A stretch of DNA of 64,000 nucleotides from Bacteroidota bacterium. Lineage in GTDB: Bacteria; Bacteroidota; Bacteroidia; CAIKAF01. A program made the translations under genes and the position numbers. Positions 1 through 7,653 of this stretch are shown here, one piece after another (the first letter of the stretch is position 1; every line of letters begins with the position of its first letter). Location: positions 25,778 to 89,777 of the forward strand of contig VGMT01000006.1 of the NCBI GenBank assembly GCA_016866335.1. The letters run 5' to 3'. The notes under the pieces are model-generated. The model was not told the origin of the DNA and did no database searches. It saw only the letters and a program-made list of their open reading frames with translations.

Positions 1-810
1 AGCACAGGTAAGGAAGATTTATACGTTATATATAAGGAGGGTAGCATGTGGAAAGGTCCTTCCCGGTTGGGTGGTGTGAACACAGTTGACCGTGAGATTG
101 CCCCTTACTATGATGCCGACCGTCAATTGCTGTTTTTTGCCTCTAATCGTCCTGGTGGAGCTGGTGACCTAGATATTTACATGAGCGCCCGCCAAGGCGA
201 GAGCTGGACAAACTGGTCAGCTGCCCAAGCCTTGCCAGCATCGGTTAATACCGAAAATTTTGATGGTTATTTTTCTGTAAATAAAAACGGCGATGCCTAT
301 TTTGCAAGAAATAAAAAGGGTGGTTTGTCGGATGTGTTTTACACCAAGATGTCGGTTGTGGTTGATGAGCCCGAACCGGAGCCTGTTAAAGAGCCTGAAC
401 CCGACCCGGTTGTGGTTAAGAAGGAGGAGCCTCCTGTGGTAGTTGAAAAACCCAAACCTGTTGTTCCTGCCGAAGTATATGTGGTGCACTTTGCTTTTGA
501 GGGAGTTTCTCCAAAAGAGCAAGAGGTGCTGAACACTGTTGCCAAGGCTTTGAATGAAAACAAGGCAATCAATGTCAAGTTGGTTGGCCACACAGACAAC
601 ATCGGCACATTGGCCATCAATATGAGCTACAGTAAGCGTCGGGCTGAGGTCGTGAAATCAAAATTGATGGGTATGGGTGTTTCGTCCACAAGAATTAGCA
701 CCGATTGGAAAGCCTTTAATGGTCCCGTACAAACCAACGATACTCCTGAGGGTCGCGCGGCCAACCGTAGAACGGAGATTTCGTTCGTACTTTCAGAAAA
801 GGCGAAGTAA
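1..810 (+). CDS. OmpA-family protein, C-terminal part (5' end lies outside the window). It has WD40/TolB-like beta-propeller repeats followed by an OmpA_C peptidoglycan-binding domain; it is a PorE-like paralog.
   Basis: The reading frame is open from base 1 with no upstream stop, so the gene is truncated by the window edge. The motif 'FFASNRPGGAGDLDIY' looks like a TolB-type propeller blade. The C-terminus 'VGHTDNIG...NRRTEI' matches the OmpA_C signature. The architecture matches the C-terminus of the 51694..53961 protein. Confidence 0.7.
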   Translation, partial: STGKEDLYVIYKEGSMWKGPSRLGGVNTVDREIAPYYDADRQLLFFASNRPGGAGDLDIYMSARQGESWTNWSAAQALPASVNTENFDGYFSVNKNGDAYFARNKKGGLSDVFYTKMSVVVDEPEPEPVKEPEPDPVVVKKEEPPVVVEKPKPVVPAEVYVVHFAFEGVSPKEQEVLNTVAKALNENKAINVKLVGHTDNIGTLAINMSYSKRRAEVVKSKLMGMGVSSTRISTDWKAFNGPVQTNDTPEGRAANRRTEISFVLSEKAK

Positions 811-865
811 TTCATACTAATTTTAGAAAGGGGGCTGTTTTGACCCCTTTTTTTTTGACTTGGAT

Positions 866-1030
866 TTTGGCGGAGTTTGGCCGCGGCAGGGATTGACGGA
901 GCTACCCCGCAAGGCCGAAACCGGCAGGACCAACAAGGGCCAAAGAGCGACGCGAGGAGCTACTTTGGCCCTTGTTGGTACCCGGTTTTGGATGCGGAGT
1001 AGCCCGGAAAGCCCGTTTGCCGCCCCCCAA
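866..1030 (-). repeat. GC-rich ~150-bp dispersed intergenic repeat, copy A (reverse orientation)
   Basis: It contains 'ggccgcggcagggattgacggagctaccccgcaagg...ggagtagcccggaaagcccg..gccgcccccc'. This is the reverse complement of the forward consensus seen at 12165, 19678, 38422 and 56299. Confidence 0.8.
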
Positions 1031-1143
1031 AGGGAGATAATTAACGAAATCATGTTTACAAGTTCTTTTATAAAAAATGGTAAATGCCTCCAATAGTCAG
1101 ACCAGCTTCGTTACTTTGTTCTGAAAACCATATTGACCTCACT

Positions 1144-3684
1144 ATGCGCCAATTTCGACATTTATTGCTTGCCTTTATTGCGCCCTTTTTAACTGGGCTT
1201 TCAATTCAAGCCCAAGATTTTTCGGGACTAAGCAGCGGGAACTGGGCTGGAATTCAAAATTTACATGTGAACCCTGCCAATATTGTTGACCACCGTTATG
1301 TGGTTGATGTAAACCTGTTTTCTATGCATTTTAATGTAATGAACGATTACATAGGCATGCGAAAGGACCCTGTTTTGAACCCCAAGCTGTTCAATGAATA
1401 CAATTACAACGATTTTGACTCGCTTTATTTGGTGCGGGACTCCATAGGTAGCAAGCAATTGCTGACCTCTACGCGTTTGCAACTGCCTTCGTTTATGTTT
1501 CAAATTACACCCAAAGACGGGATTGGAATCAGCACGAATTACAGGGTAATGGCCAACATTGGAAGCATTAGCGAGGAGATTGCGCAGCTTGTGAACGCCT
1601 CGGTTCGAAATTCTTTTTCGGCAAGCAGTTTGGGTTCTTTTTCAGAGAATATTGCCGCCTACTTGTTTCAAGGGGCATTGAACAACAACTATACCTTGGA
1701 TTTTGACAATTCATTTGCGAACACCTTGGCGGCAAGCTGGATGGATGTTGGCTTGCATTATGGAAGGGTGGCCATTGACCAGAAACAACATTTTTTGAAG
1801 GCCGGCGTTGCTTTGAAGTTGCTTTTGGGAGTGAATGCTGGATATGGATACATGAATGGGGCGTATGCCCAGTACGATCCTAATTTATCAGAGATTACCT
1901 CTTTGCGCGGCGATTTGATGTATGGGGAAAGCAACAATGCCATAAGTTCGGGAGGCTATAATCCCTTTAATTTTACAGGCTTTGGCATGGGTTTGGATTT
2001 TGGTGTGGTATATGAGTGGAGGCCCAAATACGCGAAGTATCAATACAATATGGATGGGAAAACAGGTTTGTGGCGTAGAGACAAAGAGAAATACACCTTG
2101 AGGGTGGGGTTGGCCCTGAACGATTTTGGTTCGATTCGATTTAACCATACCGATAGCATTCCTTCGTACCGATATTCCATCCTTAATGTAAATAATATTC
2201 CTGTCGGACTGTTCGACAATGTTACCGATTTGCAAGATGCCTTGAATCGATTGGAGGCGGCTTATCCGAATCAAGTTGTTAAAACAGCGGCCCCCGAGAC
2301 CTTTACCGTAGGCTTGCCTGCGACCTTAACCGCCACGGTTGATTGGCAAATTGTGGATCGGTTGTTTTTGAATGTAAGCCCAATAATTGCCCTGACCAAC
2401 AATGGGTATGGCAATTTCAATTTGCACAACATGAGTTCAATTACGGGCGTGATACGGTATGAAATGCCCTGGTTTGGGGCGTATTTGCCTATGAGTTGGA
2501 ATCCGCTAACCCAATTTAATGCCGGTTTGGCTTTGCGCATGGGGCCATTGTTTGTTGGCAGTGGTTCTGTATTGTCTTGGTTGTTTAAAGACTACAGCAC
2601 GGGAGTGGATTTTTATTTTGGTGTGAAAGTGCCGATACCGCATTTGGCTCCGCGCGATCGAGACAACGACCAGGTGTCGGACCGGAAGGATAATTGTCCT
2701 GACAAGCCAGGAGTTTGGGAGTTTAAAGGTTGTCCGGACAGCGATGGAGATGGAATTCCCGATGCACTGGATGAGTGTCCGTTTGAGGCAGGTGTGCGCG
2801 CCTTCAAGGGCTGTCCAGATACAGATGGTGATGGGGTGAAGGATGCCGACGACGAGTGTCCGAATGAAGCGGGTCCTTCTGCCTTGAAAGGATGTCCAGA
2901 TAAAGATGGAGATGGAGTAGCCGACCGCAACGATGTTTGTCCGGACCAGAAAGGTCTTGCCCAATTCAAAGGTTGTCCAGATACCGATAACGACAGCATC
3001 CAAGATTCAGAAGATGCATGTCCGGAGTTGGCTGGGCCCCGCGAAAACCAGGGATGTCCAGACAGCGATGGAGACGGGGTTTTTGATAATGTTGACAAGT
3101 GTCCTACCGTTGCTGGATTGAGGGAATTGGAGGGCTGTCCGTATGCCGATACCGATGGCGACGGAATTAAAGACAAGGACGATAAGTGTCCGAATGAGAA
3201 AGGTCCGGCAGAGAACAACGGTTGTCCGTATTCCGATACCGACGGCGACGGCATTATTGACATTGAAGACAAATGCCCTAACACGCCTGGCATTAAGGAA
3301 AAAGACGGTTGTCCTCCGATTTCAAAAGAAGATCAGGATATTTTGAATAAGGCGTTTGATAACTTGGAATTTGAAACAGGAAAAGCGGTCATACGGAGTA
3401 GTTCCAATGCATCGCTGGATGAATTGGCCGATTTATTCAAAGCCAAGCCGAAGTTTATGCTGTTGATTGAAGGGCATACCGACAATGTGGGAAGCCGCAG
3501 CAGCAACTTGACCTTGTCGAAAAACAGGTCGGCAGCAGTGAAGCTTTACATGCAGAAAAAGGGAATTGAGGGAAGCCGATTGATCGTGATGTTCTATGGG
3601 CCCGACAAGCCAATTGCCGACAACGCAACCGAAGAGGGGCGTCAGAAGAACCGTAGGGTAGAGATGACGGTGATTTTTGAGTAA
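1144..3684 (+). CDS. OmpA-family outer-membrane protein. It has an N-terminal ~500-aa domain of unknown type, about eight thrombospondin type-3-like calcium-binding repeats, and a C-terminal OmpA_C domain.
   Basis: It starts with a signal peptide 'MRQFRHLLLAFIAPFLTGLSIQAQ'. Repeats of the form 'CPDSDGDGIPDALDECP' are TSP3-like. The C-terminus 'IEGHTDNVGS...NRRVEM' is OmpA_C-like. Confidence 0.75.
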   Translation: MRQFRHLLLAFIAPFLTGLSIQAQDFSGLSSGNWAGIQNLHVNPANIVDHRYVVDVNLFSMHFNVMNDYIGMRKDPVLNPKLFNEYNYNDFDSLYLVRDSIGSKQLLTSTRLQLPSFMFQITPKDGIGISTNYRVMANIGSISEEIAQLVNASVRNSFSASSLGSFSENIAAYLFQGALNNNYTLDFDNSFANTLAASWMDVGLHYGRVAIDQKQHFLKAGVALKLLLGVNAGYGYMNGAYAQYDPNLSEITSLRGDLMYGESNNAISSGGYNPFNFTGFGMGLDFGVVYEWRPKYAKYQYNMDGKTGLWRRDKEKYTLRVGLALNDFGSIRFNHTDSIPSYRYSILNVNNIPVGLFDNVTDLQDALNRLEAAYPNQVVKTAAPETFTVGLPATLTATVDWQIVDRLFLNVSPIIALTNNGYGNFNLHNMSSITGVIRYEMPWFGAYLPMSWNPLTQFNAGLALRMGPLFVGSGSVLSWLFKDYSTGVDFYFGVKVPIPHLAPRDRDNDQVSDRKDNCPDKPGVWEFKGCPDSDGDGIPDALDECPFEAGVRAFKGCPDTDGDGVKDADDECPNEAGPSALKGCPDKDGDGVADRNDVCPDQKGLAQFKGCPDTDNDSIQDSEDACPELAGPRENQGCPDSDGDGVFDNVDKCPTVAGLRELEGCPYADTDGDGIKDKDDKCPNEKGPAENNGCPYSDTDGDGIIDIEDKCPNTPGIKEKDGCPPISKEDQDILNKAFDNLEFETGKAVIRSSSNASLDELADLFKAKPKFMLLIEGHTDNVGSRSSNLTLSKNRSAAVKLYMQKKGIEGSRLIVMFYGPDKPIADNATEEGRQKNRRVEMTVIFE

Positions 3685-3708
3685 GCCTTTTTAAAACAAC
3701 AAAGCAAA

Positions 3709-3738
3709 GGGCCTGGCGGAAGCTGGGCCCTTTTTTAT
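3709..3738 (+). terminator. Rho-independent terminator downstream of the OmpA/TSP3 gene
   Basis: GGGCC stem, 12-nt loop, GGCCC stem, followed by TTTTTTATT. Confidence 0.6.
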
Positions 3739-3802
3739 TGTTTCACAAAAGTGCTCGGGATTGCCTATCTTTGTGGTAACGGTCAAATAAACATCGTTCT
3801 TT

Positions 3803-4167
3803 GGGGCTGACCGGTATTGACAGCGAGAGTTGTTCAATTGTAAGCGTGCCGAGGGTTGCTGCCTTACCTCGTTAATCTAAAGCTTCGACACGTTAAGTGC
3901 CGACAACAACAACTACGCTCTAGCTGCCTAATCGAAGCGATTAGCAGTAAGCTGTTCCGCCGGAGGGCCTCCCGATTTCTCTGGACTGGGACATCATTCC
4001 ATCGGGATGCTGTCGGTTTCGTTCCGCGACCGGCCTAAGATAAGGAACTAAGGGAAGGCTTTGGGGGTCACCGACCGTAGCTTTTCACGAAAAATCTTTG
4101 GTGTCTGCGCACGGAGAAGGCTTTTGAATGCCTTGTTTGGACGCGGGTTCGACTCCCGCCAGCTCCA
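3803..4167 (+). ncRNA. ssrA: tmRNA (transfer-messenger RNA, ssrA)
   Basis: The 5' end 'GGGGCTGA' pairs with the 3' end 'CAGCTCC' plus discriminator A, and the stem has a G3:U70 wobble, which is the alanine identity element. The T-arm is 'GCGGGTTCGACTCCCGC'. An internal tag ORF '...gcc gac aac aac aac tac gct cta gct gcc taa' encodes (A)DNNNYALAA*. The 3' CCA is not encoded. Confidence 0.9.
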
Positions 4168-4175
4168 CACATATC

Positions 4176-4217
4176 ATCCGCAAAACATTTGAATTCAATG
4201 TTTTGCGGATTTTTTTT
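4176..4217 (+). terminator. Terminator of ssrA
   Basis: A 14-bp inverted repeat (atccgcaaaacatt / aatgttttgcggat) is followed by T7. Confidence 0.7.
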
Positions 4218-4280
4218 GATGTGCCCGATTGGTTTGGCCTTACTTTTGGGCTTCAACCCTAATTTATAGGGCTTAAAATT

Positions 4281-4540
4281 GGGAATTCAAGCCGCTGTTA
4301 GTATAGCCTCGAATGCACGAATGTTGTTTTTTTGGGGAGAAATTGGCGTAAGGATCTTAAGCCGCGTGTAGCTTAGCCAGGAATGCACGAATGGTTTGTT
4401 TTTGGGGAGAGATTGACGTAAGGACCTTAAGCCGAGTGTAGCTTAGCCACGAATGCACGAATGTTGTGTTTTTGGGGAGAGATTGGCGTAAGGATCTTAA
4501 GCCGCGTGTAGCTTAGCCAGGAATGCGGGAATATTTTTTA
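4281..4540. repeat. Tandem array of a ~70-bp unit, about 3.7 copies, immediately downstream of ssrA
   Basis: Units begin at roughly 4311, 4381 and 4451, with partial copies at both ends. One unit reads 'gaatgcacgaatgttgtttttttggggagaaattggcgtaaggatcttaagccgcgtgtagcttagccag'. Copies are more than 90% identical. Confidence 0.85.
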
Positions 4541-4738
4541 AGACTACCCTATCGCAAGGTATATGCCATCGGTTAGGGGTTTTGAGGAAGCATCAGGCAT
4601 TCCTGCCCTGCCTTTTTTAATTCAAACGATGGGTGTTTTTGTGTTAATTCGGATTTTGACGCTCGGGGCGAAGATCAATTTAACTCTTTGTGAAATGGGA
4701 TAAAACCAATCATTAGCTTGCCGGTTCGTGTTCGGTCC

Positions 4739-4785
4739 AAAAAAAACAAACCTCTCCGTGGAAAAATGGAGAGGTTTGTTTTTTT
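4739..4785. terminator. Bidirectional rho-independent terminator
   Basis: An A-tract is followed by an 11-bp stem (caaacctctcc / ggagaggtttg), a 10-nt loop, and T7. Confidence 0.65.
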
Positions 4786-4834
4786 AGAACCCAAAATTAA
4801 TGTAGAGAGGAAGTCGATGTATATTTTAATGCTG

Positions 4835-5080
4835 TTAGAAGGGGGCGGGCGCAATTTGGTGAGCAATGAATTGAAAACTACGCCGGGTTTTTTCCCACCA
4901 CAGCCAGCGAACCATTTCTGCCTGACCCAAGATAACCTTGTTGGTGTTGAAGAAGCGGGCCTCAATTACCCGATCTACTTCAGTCAAAACCTCGTCAACG
5001 CCTTCATTGGCTTCGGCCAATTCACGGAGTTCGGAACTTAATTCAAAATTTATTTTTTCATAAAACGAAAGTCCTTTCAT
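4835..5080 (-). CDS. Small hypothetical protein (81 aa)
   Basis: The ORF starts at an ATG ('MKGLSFYEKINFELSSELRELAEA...') and is rich in charged helices. It ends just upstream of the 4739..4785 terminator. The overlapping plus-strand ORF runs through that terminator and was rejected. Confidence 0.4.
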   Translation of the reverse strand: MKGLSFYEKINFELSSELRELAEANEGVDEVLTEVDRVIEARFFNTNKVILGQAEMVRWLWWEKTRRSFQFIAHQIAPAPF

Positions 5081-5114
5081 GGTTTTTGAATTTTTCGTAC
5101 CTTCGCACAATCCC

Positions 5115-5174
5115 GGCAGACCCGCATTCTACTCATCCCAACGTTTCCCCAATTAAGCGGGTCTGCCTTTTTTT
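5115..5174 (+). terminator. GC-rich hairpin with a T-tract on the plus-strand side. It lies 21 nt downstream of the small-peptide gene array.
   Basis: Stems ggcagacccgc (5115-5125) and gcgggtctgcc (5157-5167) flank a 31-nt loop, and T7 follows at 5168-5174. Confidence 0.45.
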
Positions 5175-5195
5175 GTGCTTCCAACGTTTAAACTT

Positions 5196-5357
5196 TTAAT
5201 GTGCGATTTCGTCCACGATGATGTCGGAACCGGCGCAGTGCGCGATTTCATCGACGATGATGTCGTTGCTTTTGCGGTGCGCGATTTCGTCCACGATGAT
5301 GTCGTAAGATGTGCTGCTGCTGAAAAGCATAGAAACAAGAAGGATTAACGTTGACAT
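5196..5357 (-). CDS. Small acidic repeat peptide, copy 1 (53 aa): MSTLILLVSMLFSSSTSYDIIVDEIAHRKSNDIIVDEIAHCAGSDIIVDEIAH
   Basis: ATG to TAA, 162 nt. The ORF contains an internal 39-nt (13-codon) repeat present three times. Differences among the three gene copies are mostly synonymous in this frame. Confidence 0.6.
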   Translation of the reverse strand: MSTLILLVSMLFSSSTSYDIIVDEIAHRKSNDIIVDEIAHCAGSDIIVDEIAH

Positions 5358-5390
5358 GGTATTTTGATTTTAGGGGTTAGGCAATGGGAA

Positions 5391-5552
5391 TTAATGAGCG
5401 ATCTCGTCCACGATGATGTCGGAACCGGCGTAGTGCGCGATTTCATCAACAATGATGTCGTTGCTTGTACGGTGAGCGATTTCGTCCACGATGATGTCGT
5501 AAGATGTGCTGCCGCTAAAAAGCATAGAAATAAGAAGGATTAGCGTTGACAT
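5391..5552 (-). CDS. Small acidic repeat peptide, copy 2 (53 aa): MSTLILLISMLFSGSTSYDIIVDEIAHRTSNDIIVDEIAHYAGSDIIVDEIAH
   Basis: Same frame and length as copy 1, with a 195-bp periodicity between copies. Confidence 0.6.
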   Translation of the reverse strand: MSTLILLISMLFSGSTSYDIIVDEIAHRTSNDIIVDEIAHYAGSDIIVDEIAH

Positions 5553-5585
5553 GGTATTTTGTATTTAGGGGTTAGACAATGGGAA

Positions 5586-5747
5586 TTAATGAGCGATTTC
5601 GTCCACGATGATATCGGAACCGGCGTAGTGCGCGATTTCATCAACAATGATGTCGTTGCTTGTACGGTGAGCGATTTCGTCCACGATGATGTCGTAAGAT
5701 GTGCTGCTGCTAAAAAGCATAGAAACAAGAAGGATTAGCGTGCTCAT
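5586..5747 (-). CDS. Small acidic repeat peptide, copy 3 (53 aa): MSTLILLVSMLFSSSTSYDIIVDEIAHRTSNDIIVDEIAHYAGSDIIVDEIAH
   Basis: Same frame and length as copy 1. Compared with copy 1 it has 9 synonymous codon changes and 2 nonsynonymous ones. One of the synonymous changes is a TCA-to-AGC serine switch. Confidence 0.6.
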   Translation of the reverse strand: MSTLILLVSMLFSSSTSYDIIVDEIAHRTSNDIIVDEIAHYAGSDIIVDEIAH

Positions 5748-6019
5748 GGTAAAAGAATTTTTGTTGGGGTATTAAAAAACATTTTAAGTGGAAAAGGTGT
5801 TGTCGGAATACAGAAGCAAAAAGAGCATTTAAAAGGGTGTTCAATAATATAAATGCCGTATATTGTGCTGTTTGACAAAACGATAAAGAACGCGTCGAAT
5901 GGGGCTGGCCTCAATTCTGAATCAAAGGTGGGGTCTTTGATGTCTGAAAAAAACACCAAAAGTTTAAAATTTGGACAATACTAAGGTTTTTTGTAGGTTT
6001 GCTTCAGAAACGTTGTAAA

Positions 6020-7576
6020 ATGAGAAAAAACACTACACTTAGCTTAAGGCAGATTGTTAAGGCAATGGGCCCAGCTGAAATTGAAGCGACGGCCGCTTTT
6101 ATTGCCGGTTTCAATAGAAAATACGGCGAGTATGAGCCAAAAACGCTTAAATTGTTCAGCTATATTTCCGACAATACGAAGGTTGAAAATTCATCCGACG
6201 ATGAGGTGAAAAACCACCTTTTTCCACAAATGGACGATGGAACCTTTGCGAAATTGGTATCTAGGTTAAAGGAAAAGGTGTTTGAATCGCTGCAATTGGA
6301 GGTTAATCTGGGTCGAGGGAATTCCTATTCGCCCAGTTGGTTGGCAAGGCAAAGGGCTAGGAAGGCCTTGATTTCAGCCGAAATTTTGTCTTTAAAGGGA
6401 CTGAAGGGAGAATCAGACGAACTGCTGCGCAGGGTGTTACGTGAAAGCCAAAAATTCGAAATGTACGATCTGTCGGCTTCGGCTTGCCGCTTGCTCTTTA
6501 TTCACGTATGTACCCAACTTAGTTCAGAAAATGGAAGGGATTTGCAATTGCAGGCCGAGTCCTTCAATCGTCTTGCCTGCATAGAACGACGCGCCGATCT
6601 TCTGTTGTATAAATATGGTTTCCAGAAGGAAAATCCATACCGGGGTGAAGTCCCTTACAAGGAACTGGCCTCGGAAATAAAACACCTTAGTGCAGAATTG
6701 CAAGGTGCTCCTGCCCCTGGAATTGGTTATTTGCTTTCGCAATTGAAAATTTTGTATTGGGAGGGAGTGGGCAATTTTGAAAATCAGGCTTTTGAGGCCG
6801 AGAAACTACGCCAACTTTTGTCGTCCTATCCTGGAATTTGCAGTCCTATTCGTCAGGTAAATGCTGCCTTGCAAGCCATGACATCCGCCATGCACCTGCG
6901 TCAGTTCGACCAGGCCAAAGCCTATATTGATGAGGCAAGGTCGTTTTCGTCGCTGACTACCTACTCAGGTCGGAAGGTGGCCATGTATCAAGCAATTACC
7001 TACATACAATTGGGACATTACGGGCAGGCAAAGGAACTCCTATGTGAATTGTTGGGTCAGGCTTTGCTTAAAGATGTGGAACGCGAGCATGCTCAGTACC
7101 TTTTGGCTTATTTGGATTTTCTGTCGGGCAATCCAACCCAAACTAAATCCGCATTAAAACACATTTCCATACTTCGTCGGCAAAAGATCCAAGACTGGTC
7201 TTTAGGAATCGAAGTATTTGAGCTTCAGTTGCGGATTGATTTAGGGCAATTTGACCTGGCCGAAGGGTTGATTTCAAATTTGCAGCGCCGCATTCAAAGG
7301 CAAGGAGAGAAAGAAAAGCCAAGTCAGCGCATATTTGCCTTGGTTCGAATTCTGCATGCCCTAAGCTTAGAATCGTTCCAGTTCAAGGCTTTCTGGATGA
7401 AGAATCCCGATGCCATTGGTTTGCTCAAAGACAGTAGGCTTGGCTACCGTTGGGATCCTTTTGGTCATGAGGTGGTTGCCTTTGAAAACTGGTTGTGCTC
7501 TCATATTGGAGTTTCTGTTTCCTCGGCCTCAGAGGTTGAACTGCCCCAAGAAGATTGGGTTGAGGTTGAACTGTAA
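6020..7576 (+). CDS. Hypothetical protein (~518 aa), probably all-helical. It is divergently transcribed from the small-peptide array.
   Basis: It is a long ORF with no motif I recognise. The start was taken at 'MRKNTTLSLRQI'. Confidence 0.55.
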   Translation: MRKNTTLSLRQIVKAMGPAEIEATAAFIAGFNRKYGEYEPKTLKLFSYISDNTKVENSSDDEVKNHLFPQMDDGTFAKLVSRLKEKVFESLQLEVNLGRGNSYSPSWLARQRARKALISAEILSLKGLKGESDELLRRVLRESQKFEMYDLSASACRLLFIHVCTQLSSENGRDLQLQAESFNRLACIERRADLLLYKYGFQKENPYRGEVPYKELASEIKHLSAELQGAPAPGIGYLLSQLKILYWEGVGNFENQAFEAEKLRQLLSSYPGICSPIRQVNAALQAMTSAMHLRQFDQAKAYIDEARSFSSLTTYSGRKVAMYQAITYIQLGHYGQAKELLCELLGQALLKDVEREHAQYLLAYLDFLSGNPTQTKSALKHISILRRQKIQDWSLGIEVFELQLRIDLGQFDLAEGLISNLQRRIQRQGEKEKPSQRIFALVRILHALSLESFQFKAFWMKNPDAIGLLKDSRLGYRWDPFGHEVVAFENWLCSHIGVSVSSASEVELPQEDWVEVEL

Positions 7577-7601
7577 GCTCCTTACTGTCTATGTATGTTG
7601 A

Positions 7602-7645
7602 GGGCTTAGGCTAAAGGCCAAGCAACCCACCTTTGGGCTAAGCCC
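7602..7645. terminator. Inverted-repeat hairpin between convergent genes
   Basis: gggcttag (7602-7609) pairs with ctaagccc (7638-7645). It sits between the stops of the 6020..7576 gene and asnS, and there is no clear T-tract. Confidence 0.3.
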
Positions 7646-7653
7646 ACCCGAAC

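Noticed and set aside
3856-4256. ORFs 3856..4038 (+) and 4068..4256 (-) in the six-frame track
   Set aside because: They lie inside or overlap the tmRNA gene and its terminator. The region is explained by ssrA.
4281-4540. Possible CRISPR array. Its repeat is about 70 bp.
   Set aside because: The units are directly contiguous with no unique spacers, and the repeat is far longer than CRISPR repeats. No cas genes are nearby.
3803-4600. A genomic island integrated at the ssrA 3' end
   Set aside because: There is no integrase gene and no direct repeat of the ssrA 3' terminus downstream within the window. Only the 70-bp satellite array is present.
4718-5041. Plus-strand 107-aa ORF
   Set aside because: It begins inside the 4739..4785 terminator hairpin and has low-complexity composition. 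The overlapping minus-strand 81-aa ORF is more protein-like, although that is itself low confidence.
5153-5728. Alternative-frame ORFs 5153..5338 and 5540..5728 (MFLCF...TSSWTKS...) that overlap the tandem small genes
   Set aside because: They use a TTG start in a shifted frame. Differences between repeat copies are mostly nonsynonymous in that frame, whereas the ATG-started MSTLILL... frame shows synonymous-biased change.
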